The position numbers and the translations under genes are program-made. Under the pieces are notes generated by a model. It did no database searches. It was not told the DNA's origin and saw only the letters and a list, made by a program, of their open reading frames with translations. From a virus: 64,000 bases of DNA. This document shows, piece by piece, positions 1-9,061 of this stretch. The stretch is from IMG/VR virus record IMGVR_UViG_3300014656_000015. One strand, given 5' to 3'. The first letter of the stretch is position 1. Every line of letters starts with the position of its first letter.

Positions 1-919
1 GGTAGAGCAACAGATTCAGCAAGAATAGCGACAGATAGGCATAGAACTGGGAGTCGAGCACGGGATGACCGCACACGATATATGCGGAGCGGTGCGTCCG
101 GTCCGCGTCCCGAACGCACTCCTCCCAGCCCCGGATCGTATCGCACGCCTCCTGGATCGAATGCTCGGTCATCGCGAAGTCGGAGACGGAAAAGGACCAG
201 CCCGGGCCCTCCTCAGGATGCATGGAGGCCCCCACACTGGACAGGAGCAGAGTACGCCGGGTCCGCTCGAGATCTACCACATACTCCTCGTATTCGGAGA
301 CCAACAAGGCCTCCAAGGTGACCGCCATCCCCTGCTCCTGGTAGGCGAACGCGCCTGGCGGGAGTAGGATGCCGAAGGCCGGAAGCGGGAGTCGGATACT
401 ATCGGGGTCCGTGACCTTCAACGTTGTGTCGTGAAGCGCCGAGACCAGATCCAGACTCGGCTCGATCCAGCACGGGGTATCCGATAGCTCGAACATCTTG
501 AAGATGAGGTAGCCTACGGACACCGAGCCCCACTCGAGACGGGACGGCCCAGAACCCCCTACTGAGCCCCGTAGCAGATCGACACAATCCAGCCCGGCCC
601 CAGTACGCCTCCAACGATGCGTGCATAGCTGCAACAGGTGGCTCATCCCTACCGGGACCTCACCCCCGGACACCGCGAGGAGCTCCCACATCAGGAAGGC
701 CAGGGCCGGCTTGATGAAGGGCTGTCCCTTCAACCCGACACTGTTGGCCATCCTGACCATCCAATCCCGCTCCTGTCTCGTCGGGAGCTCGCGTACCTGA
801 CGAGAGCCCAGCTCCCGGCCCTGGACATGAGCCAGCAGCTTGAGCAATTTGGGGTTGTCCGGCCCCAGGACCTCGCCGAGCTCCCCGAAATCCAATCGAA
901 TACTTCCATTCTCCTTCAT
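1..919 (-). CDS. Hypothetical protein (5' part only; runs off the left edge of the window)
   Basis: Not in the ORF track. ATG at 919 (MKENGSIRLDFGELGEVLG...) follows a GGAAAGGAG RBS and a TATAAG motif (954-959); the frame stays open to position 1. Confidence 0.7.
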   Translation of the reverse strand, partial: MKENGSIRLDFGELGEVLGPDNPKLLKLLAHVQGRELGSRQVRELPTRQERDWMVRMANSVGLKGQPFIKPALAFLMWELLAVSGGEVPVGMSHLLQLCTHRWRRTGAGLDCVDLLRGSVGGSGPSRLEWGSVSVGYLIFKMFELSDTPCWIEPSLDLVSALHDTTLKVTDPDSIRLPLPAFGILLPPGAFAYQEQGMAVTLEALLVSEYEEYVVDLERTRRTLLLSSVGASMHPEEGPGWSFSVSDFAMTEHSIQEACDTIRGWEECVRDADRTHRSAYIVCGHPVLDSQFYAYLSLFLLNLLLY

Positions 920-953
920 GGGTCACTCCTTTCCACAGTAAGGAACCCAACTG

Positions 954-996
954 CTTATAACGATAAGCAGCTAAGAGTTGGGCGCGAGACGCGCCC
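954..996 (-). promoter_or_regulatory. Hairpin-CTTAG element followed by a GTTATAAG putative phage promoter
   Basis: Minus strand reads GGGCGC-gtctc-GCGCCC-aact-CTTAG-N11-TATAAG, the same layout as 33261-33303 and 33591-33633. Confidence 0.7.
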
Positions 997-1015
997 GAAG
1001 GAAGGTAGGAATGGA

Positions 1016-1291
1016 TCAGGCCGCCTGTATCCGAGCAGGCCTGCGCAGACGAATCGTGGCGGGACGCGAAAGCTCGAGGCGGGAGAGCCGGCGCAGCTCC
1101 TGGTTCCGGGCCAGCTCGGCCTCCCTGCGGAACCACTTCTCGTAGCGCTCCTGCGTCATCGTGGATCCGTCGTCCCAGTGCGGTGGCATCTCGGTCTCCC
1201 AGTAAAGCCCGCAGCGGCAGACCCCGTTATCGGCTCGTGTCCCCGGGCGATACCCTGGGCACGGCTCCTTCTTCCTCTCCTTTGTCGACAT
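1016..1291 (-). CDS. Small hypothetical protein with Cys residues
   Basis: ATG at 1291 (MSTKERKKEPCPG...VCRCG) with GGAGGGAG RBS; overlaps the helicase 3' end; followed by a hairpin-CTTAG element. Confidence 0.55.
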   Translation of the reverse strand: MSTKERKKEPCPGYRPGTRADNGVCRCGLYWETEMPPHWDDGSTMTQERYEKWFRREAELARNQELRRLSRLELSRPATIRLRRPARIQAA

Positions 1292-3314
1292 CGTTGTCTC
1301 CCTCCACCAGGACCCGCTCCACGATGGACCGACCCTGGCCAAGCTCGTACACCCTCCGGAACCTGGGTAGGCTCGACACGATTGTCGCGCCGTACCCCTT
1401 CTCGATCAATCTGGAATCGGCAATCACGATGACGCCGACATCGGTCTCCGACCGGATGAGGCGGCCCGCACCCTGACGCAGGGCAAGCGTGGCCATGGGC
1501 ACGCTGAGATCCATGAATACGTTGCCGCCGCTCCGCTGCACCAGCTCCTGTCTCGCGTCGAAGATGGGGTCGTCGGGGACCGGGAACGGGATCTTGTCGA
1601 TGAAGAGCCCGATCAGTGCGTTGCCAGGAACATCGACTCCTGTCCAGAGACTGGCCACACCCAGCATAATGCTCCTCTCATCCTCCCGGAACCGGATCAA
1701 AAGGGTGTCCAGCGGGGCCTCCCCCTGTACCTGGACCCGTATCTCCGGGGGCAGACGTGGCACCAATGCCTCCCGCACCACCTTCAGCCGGGACCAGCTC
1801 GTGAACAGGAGCAGGGAACGGCCGCCGCAAAGCTCGACGAGCTCGAAGCACAGATCGGCCAGGCTCTTGTTGTAGAAGTCGATGTCCTCCTTCCCCGACT
1901 TCTTACCGGGGGGCTGCGGGAACCCGGGTGGAATGTACAGCACGCCCTGATTGGACAGATCGAACGGGGACGGGACGATGAGCCGGACCACCCCGGTAGG
2001 GGGCAGGCCTAGCTCCTCAGCGATGTAGTCGAAGCTGTCCTTCACCGTCATCGTGGCCGATACGAAGCAGACACTGTGCAGGCCACGGTGGAACAGGCGA
2101 CGGTTCAGGATGGGGCCCACCGCGATGGGCCTGGCCTCGAAACGGTCCCGGCGCGGGTCGGCGGAGCTCCCATCCTTCTCCTTCCAGTAGATCCAACCCA
2201 GATCCTGTTCCAGGCCCAGACTCTTCTCGAGACGGTTCCGGACCACAAGGGTGCGCTCGATACATTTCCGCACCCGCTCCACCTCCTTACGTATCCGGTC
2301 CGGATTGTCACCGATGTCCTCGACTCCGCCCTCGCTTACCTTCTGAATCCTGCTGGCAAGGACCGCTTCGACCCGGTCCACCACGGCCAGGGCCGCATCG
2401 GAGTCCTCGAACCACTCCCCCGGTGTCTTCGACACGTTCCCCGTCTTGATCAGGTCACGGGCCTGTGAATAGAGCCGGTTCCGCAGCTCCTCCAGCTCCG
2501 CCACCAGCTTGTCCTGCTCCAGCTCCCGGGCGAAACCAATGAGCGCCCGGAACGAACCATAGCTCAGGGTCCAGCCCAGCACGTTCCTGGCAATGTCGGG
2601 GAGCTCATGGGCCTCATCGAAGATGACGATGTCGTGTGCCGGCAAGTGATCCGTCGCCAGCAGGTAAAGATAGTGGTTGCATACCACAACATCAACGTTC
2701 CGGGCCCGATTCCATGCCTGCCGTGAGAAACAGCTCGTCTCGTAATGCCCGCAGGCCCGGCCCAGACACTCATCGCCTTGCCGGCTCACCAGTGGCCAGA
2801 CCCAGGGGTTGGTGCTGAGCTCCACCATGTCGCCCGAGACTGTGGATTCGAGCCACTTCTGGATCGTCTCGAGCTCCTCGACCTCCTGCTTCCGCAACGT
2901 GACCCGACCCCGGGACACGTTGTGGCGAAGCGAGGCGTAGGCGTCCCGACACAGGTAGTTGTTCCGCCCCTTCAGAAGAGCGTAGCGAAAGTTCCACGGC
3001 AGGACGCGCTGCAAAAAGGGCAGATCCTTGTTCACGATCTGGCCCTGCAACCCCTTCGTTGCTGTGGAGATGATGGTATGGACCGTGCCCGACCTACTCG
3101 GGTCCCGCATGAATCGAATCGCGGGAACCAGGGCCGCCAGGCTCTTCCCGCTGCCAGTCGGCGCCTCACCGACCAGGTGGGTGCCGGTCTCGAACGCATT
3201 CAGGAACGCATCGGCCAGCTCCACCTGGCCCGACCGATGTCGGTAACTGGACAGGGTCCTGGAGAGGGTGCCCCCCTCCCCGAAGACCTGCCACATCGGA
3301 CTCGTTGTCTCCAT
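1227..3314 (-). CDS. dinG: DinG/YoaA-family SF2 ATP-dependent DNA helicase (Fe-S type)
   Basis: Walker A EAPTGSGKS, KGRNNYLC, Cys cluster (C..C.C..C), DEAH box, SATM, FTSW, GVDVPG, IPFPVP, QGAGRLIR. Confidence 0.93.
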   Translation of the reverse strand: METTSPMWQVFGEGGTLSRTLSSYRHRSGQVELADAFLNAFETGTHLVGEAPTGSGKSLAALVPAIRFMRDPSRSGTVHTIISTATKGLQGQIVNKDLPFLQRVLPWNFRYALLKGRNNYLCRDAYASLRHNVSRGRVTLRKQEVEELETIQKWLESTVSGDMVELSTNPWVWPLVSRQGDECLGRACGHYETSCFSRQAWNRARNVDVVVCNHYLYLLATDHLPAHDIVIFDEAHELPDIARNVLGWTLSYGSFRALIGFARELEQDKLVAELEELRNRLYSQARDLIKTGNVSKTPGEWFEDSDAALAVVDRVEAVLASRIQKVSEGGVEDIGDNPDRIRKEVERVRKCIERTLVVRNRLEKSLGLEQDLGWIYWKEKDGSSADPRRDRFEARPIAVGPILNRRLFHRGLHSVCFVSATMTVKDSFDYIAEELGLPPTGVVRLIVPSPFDLSNQGVLYIPPGFPQPPGKKSGKEDIDFYNKSLADLCFELVELCGGRSLLLFTSWSRLKVVREALVPRLPPEIRVQVQGEAPLDTLLIRFREDERSIMLGVASLWTGVDVPGNALIGLFIDKIPFPVPDDPIFDARQELVQRSGGNVFMDLSVPMATLALRQGAGRLIRSETDVGVIVIADSRLIEKGYGATIVSSLPRFRRVYELGQGRSIVERVLVEGDNDVDKGEEEGAVPRVSPGDTSR

Positions 3315-3325
3315 CTCGCTTCCTC

Positions 3326-5062
3326 TCAGAGTTGTTCAATGCTGCCCAGAAGCAGGGAGTGTATGCTCCGGACCAGGAACTCTCGGTGCTGCGGCTTGCC
3401 ACGCCAGGACCAGGGGCAGTGCCAGGGCAGCCGAAGGTAGAACTGGGCCCTGGACCTGATGATCAGATCAGCCACGATGTCCGAGAGCCGGATCAGCTGA
3501 CCCCCGGGATCGGACTCACACAGCTTCGGGTCGACAGAGTAGAAATCGCTACTACCCCGGTATCGAAGCAGGGACCGGGCCAGCAACACCAGGACATCGA
3601 TGTGATCGATGTCGGGCACGATCCCTTGCTCCAACCCGTTGGCCTCGTCGATCCGCCCATTGATACGAAAGACGCCGGCCATGAACCGACACAGCCCCTG
3701 CGGGATACGGCCAAGGATGCGGCCCATGCATCGATCCTTGAGGGACTCCAGCAAAACGCTTGGCGTGTACTCGGAGTGTGTCTGATAATACACGATGTCG
3801 AACCCGCCCGGAGCCTTGCTTCCGGTCAGCGCCATACCGGTGACAGGCTCTGGCCTGGTCCCGAACATCCGAACGGCCCGAGCCTCACGAGCCGGATGGG
3901 GCTCCGGACCCATGCGCCACGACAACGGGTCGTCCGGATCGATGAGCTTGGTCCGGAACCAATCCTGCAGCAGCGTGTTCGCATCGGGCTGCATCACGCA
4001 CAGTGCCATGTAGGAGTGGCGCAGCGCCTCGGCCCCGACATGTCCGTAGTGATCCAGGCTGGTCCCAGACGTCCGAAAGGGATCCTGAGCCTGCTTGTTG
4101 ACCTCGTAGTCATGTGACACCGGCTGGAACCGGGATCGGACCAGCTGGGCCAGCGGTGCTGTAGGAATCCAGATGTTGGGATAGTGCGCGGCATCCAGCT
4201 CGGGCCAGAAGCAGCGATCGAACTCGAGCTGGATCATGCTGTAGAGTATCCACTCCTTCACCCTCCGCTCGATGAACACCTTGTGCGGCCAGCAAGGATC
4301 CGCAGCGCTGTCTCCGAGCAGCCGGACCAGAAGAAGCTGGAGGCTGTCCACGTATCGCACGTAGACGCTGCCTCGCTCCACCTGCTTGCCCGCCACGACG
4401 CGCTTGTTACCGGAATGTTCCTTACGCTTCCCATCCGCGTAGCTGGCCCAGAGCGTCACCAGGCTCACAGTGGAGAGCGCCTTCCACTCCTGGTAGAGGC
4501 CCTCCAACCCGAATTTGACCTCATCCGGTATCTCTCCGTACTGGCTGTAGGGTCGGAGCAGCTCCACCACCTTGTGCCGGATCCTCCCGGGGCCGGCCAG
4601 CAGCTCCTTGCGCCGATTCTCGGGGCATAGCGGTACCCCGCTCCGCAACGCCTCGAGCCGCTTCTCCGTGACGGCGTGGCGCGCCTGCCACCTCTCCTCA
4701 GCCGAAAGCACCCGGATCGGATCGGAACGATCCGGCTCGGGCTCCGTGGCTGGCTCCGGAGGACCCTCAACCACGTCGGGCTCAGGTACCGGGTCCTGCG
4801 GGAGGTCCGGAGTGGGCGCTGCGGCAGGCTCCGGACCCTGTTTCGCCTCGGGCCGACCCTTCTTGCCGAACAGGCCAAAAGCATCGACTATCTCCTGCAG
4901 CATGGTTTCGGGGTGCCCCGAGTAGTTTGAGCTGGCCTCGAACAGACCCTCCAGTATCCTCTGGGCCAGTTCCCGAACCTGCTCCTTGTTGAGGTCGATC
5001 GTGACTGTGAACCGTGCGGTGTGACCCGACAAGCCGCGTACACCCACCCTGTCCTCCTCCAT
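3326..5062 (-). CDS. Hypothetical protein (~578 aa) in the replication region
   Basis: Long ORF; likely start MEEDRV at 5062 with AAAGGAGG RBS; Pro/Glu-rich linker; no recognisable motif. Confidence 0.7.
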   Translation of the reverse strand: MEEDRVGVRGLSGHTARFTVTIDLNKEQVRELAQRILEGLFEASSNYSGHPETMLQEIVDAFGLFGKKGRPEAKQGPEPAAAPTPDLPQDPVPEPDVVEGPPEPATEPEPDRSDPIRVLSAEERWQARHAVTEKRLEALRSGVPLCPENRRKELLAGPGRIRHKVVELLRPYSQYGEIPDEVKFGLEGLYQEWKALSTVSLVTLWASYADGKRKEHSGNKRVVAGKQVERGSVYVRYVDSLQLLLVRLLGDSAADPCWPHKVFIERRVKEWILYSMIQLEFDRCFWPELDAAHYPNIWIPTAPLAQLVRSRFQPVSHDYEVNKQAQDPFRTSGTSLDHYGHVGAEALRHSYMALCVMQPDANTLLQDWFRTKLIDPDDPLSWRMGPEPHPAREARAVRMFGTRPEPVTGMALTGSKAPGGFDIVYYQTHSEYTPSVLLESLKDRCMGRILGRIPQGLCRFMAGVFRINGRIDEANGLEQGIVPDIDHIDVLVLLARSLLRYRGSSDFYSVDPKLCESDPGGQLIRLSDIVADLIIRSRAQFYLRLPWHCPWSWRGKPQHREFLVRSIHSLLLGSIEQL

Positions 5063-5063
5063 T

Positions 5064-5498
5064 TCATCCTCCTTTCCGCACTGGTTGGTGCATCCGCTGC
5101 ATCTGCCAATGCACGTCTCTTCGAAGCTCGAGCATCGCCCGATACTCCGGATTATCTGGATTCTTACCGCGTAGATCGGTCCCCAGGAACTGAACAGCCA
5201 GGTCAAGCTCGGCCAGGAGCTGCGTCGGCAGCGAGCCCCGATGCTCCTGAAGGTCCTGGACCACACGTCTGATGCCAGTCCGGTTCCGAAGTACCCAGGT
5301 CAGGGTCCCACGAACCCTGGGTTTGATCAGGGCGCCTCCGTATCTGGCGATCACCAGGTCCAGCACATCCTTTCGTCTGCCTGGCATGCTCATCTTGACG
5401 TAGACTCGGAGCAGCCCCCCATCATTCGTCTTCCGCTCCGTACTGACGTTGAACAGTCCCCGGGCCGCCATCAACCCTGCAAAGAAGGCTGTGTGCAC
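5064..5498 (-). CDS. Degenerate single-motif LAGLIDADG homing-endonuclease-like protein
   Basis: N-terminal AFFAGLMAARGLF resembles the (A)YLAGLIDGEG helix, followed by a typical beta-strand/W-x-L-R layout; the catalytic acidic position reads R. AGGAGGAG RBS. Confidence 0.55.
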   Translation of the reverse strand: MHTAFFAGLMAARGLFNVSTERKTNDGGLLRVYVKMSMPGRRKDVLDLVIARYGGALIKPRVRGTLTWVLRNRTGIRRVVQDLQEHRGSLPTQLLAELDLAVQFLGTDLRGKNPDNPEYRAMLELRRDVHWQMQRMHQPVRKGG

Positions 5499-5509
5499 AG
5501 TGCTCCTCC

Positions 5510-5860
5510 TGTTTTTTGAACCCTAGTTAGAACTCTAAAGTAGTATATTATATATTATACATACTATATAACACATACAGAATGATCCATGATCAGTATA
5601 TCTTGATCAGCCAGCCCTGATCACAGTCAAGTAGTATATTTAGTTCTATCCTGTACATGACATGGTGCTATGGTACAAAACCCCGATATGAGGCGCGTCT
5701 AACTAGCTGAAAAGACCTAAACCGCATCGGTCAAAAGTGGCTGTTTCGCTGTCAACTCATGCAAATGCCCGATGAAAACGACAGTTGGGCCTGATCAGGT
5801 GCCTAGAGTGCTCACTGCCGTTTTCATCGGGCATTTCTACCGTCGGTGCGTGATCAAGAC
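5510..5860. other. Candidate replication origin or regulatory region (AT-rich tract, phased TGATCA sites, 23-bp inverted repeat)
   Basis: Strongly AT-rich 5510-5660; TGATCA at 5590, 5604, 5618 (14-bp phasing), 5792 and 5851; inverted repeat 5763-5785/5814-5836. Confidence 0.5.
5763..5836. repeat. 23-bp inverted repeat (1 mismatch) with a 28-bp spacer containing the palindrome CCTGATCAGG
   Basis: AAATGCCCGATGAAAACGACAGT ... ACTGCCGTTTTCATCGGGCATTT, read directly. Confidence 0.9.
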
Positions 5861-5865
5861 GGTTC

Positions 5866-6282
5866 CTACATCGGGTCCCACCGCCTGATCACGAAGCTGT
5901 AACGTGGTCTGTCACCGGTCCGGATCACACAGTGTACATCGAACGCTGCCCGATCAAGCTCCCACCCGTCCCCACAGTGCTGTGCAGCCTCGTCCAGGTA
6001 CTGCTCCCAGTTCTTGGGCGGAATCTCCTTGGGGAGGTCCCACAGCATCCGAGCCACTACCAGCTTCTTGCCATGCCTGGAGGAGCGAATCAGCTGGGCC
6101 GAGGCATCCAGCACGGTTCCGTCCGACATGAGATCCGAGAACTGCTCCTGCGTCATCTCGATCCGGAGAATCTCGGATCGGCTCCTGCAGTCGGTGACAG
6201 CCAGCACCCAGCGCTCCCTACGAGGGTAGTCCAGCTCCAGGTTGCATTCGGTTCGTATCTCCTCATCACCTGGAAATCTCAT
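5866..6282 (-). CDS. Hypothetical protein
   Basis: Start MRFPGD at 6282 overlaps the upstream stop (ATGA coupling); GGGAGG RBS. Confidence 0.7.
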   Translation of the reverse strand: MRFPGDEEIRTECNLELDYPRRERWVLAVTDCRSRSEILRIEMTQEQFSDLMSDGTVLDASAQLIRSSRHGKKLVVARMLWDLPKEIPPKNWEQYLDEAAQHCGDGWELDRAAFDVHCVIRTGDRPRYSFVIRRWDPM

Positions 6283-7049
6283 CCTGTTCCTCCCTTCCTT
6301 TCGCAAATCTCGGCCAAGGACTCGATCACATGGTACATCGTGCTCCTCGCCGCTTCCTTCCAGTACTCGTTCCGGTGCTCATCCTCGAGCTCCTCCTCGG
6401 TGAAGAAGGTACGTAGATCCAGAGACCCGGTCCGGGCCTGCTCGAAGAGCCGGGTCAGCACAAGGGGCAGGAGCGGGCTCGTGAAGTCGTACCGGTCCTG
6501 GGCCCCGCTCACCTCCAGCGCCATGACACCGGCCAGCTGTTCCTTGCTGACACCATGAAAAGCCTCGGACTCCTTGACAACGGTCTCCGCCCAACCATCA
6601 AGCCTGGAGATGATGACCCGCTGCAGGAGCCTTGATTCCTCCGGATCACCGGTCCAGTTGAACAGGGCGCCGGCGTGGTGCGTCCCGGATACCCGAAGCA
6701 ACAATCTGGCGTCCTCGAGCGGGAGCAGGCCCTGGTCGTACTCTATGGCAACCCGGCACAGATAGCCGGTGCAGACAGCGGGCCGGTACGCCTCGTGCAC
6801 CGTGCATCGGGACCGGCCATCCACCATCTGCTGGAAGTAGCACGGCATGATGATACGATGTGACCGTCCCCTGGCTGCCGCAGCGGTGTCCGCAAGTGAG
6901 GACCCGCCTGGTTCCGAGAAGACCCCGGGGGCTATTCCGTGCTCCCGACACATCCGCCCCGCCTCCTCCTCCGAGACATGTGCGATCAGGATGCGGCAGC
7001 AGATGCCGCAGTACGAACAGATCTCATCGATTCGTTCCGTGTTCGACAT
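6279..7049 (-). CDS. YkgJ-like CxxCxxCC cysteine-cluster (Zn or Fe-S) protein
   Basis: CSYCGICC near the N-terminus plus C...CTVHEAYRPAVCTGYLC; start MSNTER at 7049. Confidence 0.75.
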   Translation of the reverse strand: MSNTERIDEICSYCGICCRILIAHVSEEEAGRMCREHGIAPGVFSEPGGSSLADTAAAARGRSHRIIMPCYFQQMVDGRSRCTVHEAYRPAVCTGYLCRVAIEYDQGLLPLEDARLLLRVSGTHHAGALFNWTGDPEESRLLQRVIISRLDGWAETVVKESEAFHGVSKEQLAGVMALEVSGAQDRYDFTSPLLPLVLTRLFEQARTGSLDLRTFFTEEELEDEHRNEYWKEAARSTMYHVIESLAEICERKGGTG

Positions 7050-7054
7050 TCGCC

Positions 7055-7495
7055 CTACTCGTCTTCCTCTTCCTCTTCCTCCTCTTCCTCCGATCCCTTC
7101 GGACCAAGCAGCTGGCGAAGCGGAATCCGAGTAGGGGTGCCGCCACTTGACTCCGGCGATACTTGCCGCGGCGTCGAGGCGCGGAGACCTAACATGGCGT
7201 ATCCAATCTTGTCCGCCCACGGACTCTCGTCGAACGCGGCTGCGTCACCCTGCGAGATCCGGTTGTTCTTGTCCATGTCCCGGATCATGATGAGCGCCTC
7301 CTCGTAGCGCTCCGGAGCTATCCCGTTCGGCCACAACGCCCGCATCGCGGCGGCACTGGCCCACGTCGAGTCCCCATAGGCCCTGTTCTTGCGGTCCACG
7401 AGAACGGCGGCGTCCAGCGCCATCTGGAGCCAGGCCACATCCTCGATTCCGGTCTCCTCCTGGATCGCGCTCAGGAGCTCCGGGTCGATCCTCAT
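7055..7495 (-). CDS. DUF1599/nucleotide-modification-associated domain 1-like protein with acidic tail
   Basis: RKNRAYGDS...IRDMDKNNRI...WADKIGYAML motif pattern; poly-Glu C-terminus. Confidence 0.65.
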   Translation of the reverse strand: MRIDPELLSAIQEETGIEDVAWLQMALDAAVLVDRKNRAYGDSTWASAAAMRALWPNGIAPERYEEALIMIRDMDKNNRISQGDAAAFDESPWADKIGYAMLGLRASTPRQVSPESSGGTPTRIPLRQLLGPKGSEEEEEEEEEDE

Positions 7496-8733
7496 CTTGC
7501 TCCCTCCTCATCGCTGCACCTCGACGATCTTGATACCACACAGCCCCGTCCGGCTCGAACGATGAACCCCTTCTGCAAGGGTCTCCTCACCGCGTTCCGA
7601 ACGTAGCGAGACAGGTCTCCCTTCTTCCTCTTGGTAGCCTTGATCCTCTCCTCACCGAAGATGGAGATGGCCAGGTCCTCGAGGTTGACCGGATGGTCAT
7701 GGTAGACCCTATGCAGGATTGCCACGAGCATGGACTCGAACTGCGTCAAGCCACGTGGTGTGAGACCAGGCTTCCCAACCAGATCCCTGGCCTGCTTCAA
7801 CAAGTCCAGTGACTTCTCACTTCCCATCACTTCCTCCTCCTTCTCTTCCTTGCCTCGAGACTTCGGTAAATAAGCCTCTAGCGTGTCACAGCGACTCCCA
7901 TCGACCCGAGCCACGATTCCCCAATGGGTTGGTAGTGGGAGTCGTGGAGTGCTATAGCCCTCCCGTACCCCCAACACGAAGGCACGACGCCTGTGTTGTG
8001 GAACCCCATACCCAGCCGCATCCAGGACGTCGGCACAAACATTGAAGCCTTGCCGGTTGGCCTCTGTGAAGAATGCCTCCCGGAGCTCCCGGAACGCGTC
8101 CTGGGTCAGGAGCGGCGGCACGTTCTCCATGGCAAAGCCGCTCGGCTCCAGCTCACCAATCACTCGCAGGAACTCGAGGATGAGGTTGTTGCGTGGGTCC
8201 GTGGGGCTTTGCTTGCCTGCCTTGGAGAAGCCCTGGCACGGCGGTCCTCCGAAGACTATCGAGACCTCACCCTTGCGCATCCCGAGAGCATCGAGGAGCA
8301 GGGACCCGGTGACCTTCCTGATGTCACCGATCACCATTACTCTGCACCCACCACTCCTCACCATGGAATTCGCACCGAATATGGCTGGGTCGTCCAAGGC
8401 AGGCCACTTCTCCCCCCCATTACTCCTCCTGGCCTCTTTCCTGACCTCCTTCTCGAACCGGGCCCGGTCCGCCTCCTCCACGAAGAGCCAGCGCCCACCC
8501 GGAGCCCCCAGGTTCAGGACGTAGGTGGCGGCTGCCGTCACGTCCCGCTCGACCGCTGCAATCACGTCGATCCCACCCTGGTGCATGCCCAGGGAGAAGC
8601 CGCCGCAGCCAGCGAAGAGGTCGATGCCGGTCATCGGGAGCTCCGGGGCCGCCGGGAGCAGGATGCCACCCGGGCTCAGCTCGTAACCAGGCGGGGCAAA
8701 GCTGTAGTTCTGCACAGCCACATAGGGTGTCAT
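7492..8733 (-). CDS. DNA (cytosine-5) methyltransferase (motifs I-VIII) with a C-terminal winged-helix-like domain
   Basis: DLFAGCGG (I), GDI, GGPPCQGFS (IV), ENV (VI), GVPQHRRRAF (VIII); no clear TRD or motifs IX-X. Confidence 0.85.
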   Translation of the reverse strand: MTPYVAVQNYSFAPPGYELSPGGILLPAAPELPMTGIDLFAGCGGFSLGMHQGGIDVIAAVERDVTAAATYVLNLGAPGGRWLFVEEADRARFEKEVRKEARRSNGGEKWPALDDPAIFGANSMVRSGGCRVMVIGDIRKVTGSLLLDALGMRKGEVSIVFGGPPCQGFSKAGKQSPTDPRNNLILEFLRVIGELEPSGFAMENVPPLLTQDAFRELREAFFTEANRQGFNVCADVLDAAGYGVPQHRRRAFVLGVREGYSTPRLPLPTHWGIVARVDGSRCDTLEAYLPKSRGKEEKEEEVMGSEKSLDLLKQARDLVGKPGLTPRGLTQFESMLVAILHRVYHDHPVNLEDLAISIFGEERIKATKRKKGDLSRYVRNAVRRPLQKGFIVRAGRGCVVSRSSRCSDEEGAR

Positions 8734-8966
8734 GCGACCTCCCTCAGATAATTCGAGAGGTCCTGCCGTTGCTCGAAGTTGAGATGGTAGTGCATGACCT
8801 CTGCCAGCACCGCGTAGGCCACGGATGGTGGCAACTCCTGTAGTCCATTGAATGTATCGGAGCGGTTCCCATTGACGAAGGTGGTGGCCAGCTCCTCAGC
8901 CCTACACGCTATCCATGTAGCCCGGGCCCGACACCCAATGGGCACCTGATTCTCATCATCCATCAC
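8730..8966 (-). CDS. Small hypothetical protein, first gene of a TATAAG-driven operon
   Basis: GGAAAGGAG RBS; TATAAG at 9002-9007; stop overlaps the methyltransferase start. Confidence 0.7.
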   Translation of the reverse strand: MMDDENQVPIGCRARATWIACRAEELATTFVNGNRSDTFNGLQELPPSVAYAVLAEVMHYHLNFEQRQDLSNYLREVA

Positions 8967-8999
8967 TTTCTCCTTTCCATCGCATCGAAGACGCTCAGG

Positions 9000-9009
9000 C
9001 CCTTATACC
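9000..9009 (-). promoter_or_regulatory. Putative phage promoter GGTATAAGG
   Basis: Member of the 10-copy intergenic G[GT]TATAAG family; lies upstream of an RBS and the DNA-metabolism operon. Confidence 0.65.
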
Positions 9010-9046
9010 AGGATCGAGATCGGTGTCGCGCACCGGCCCCGGCTCG

Positions 9047-9055
9047 TGCTACGAT
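9047..9055 (+). promoter_or_regulatory. Extended -10 promoter TGCTACGAT (likely leaderless transcript)
   Basis: TGnTAnnnT, 6 nt before the ATG at 9062. Confidence 0.55.
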
Positions 9056-9061
9056 ACTGCG

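Noticed and set aside
7058-7091. GAGGAA tandem microsatellite
   Set aside because: It simply encodes the poly-Glu tail of 7055-7495 (and may serve as the RBS for the next gene).
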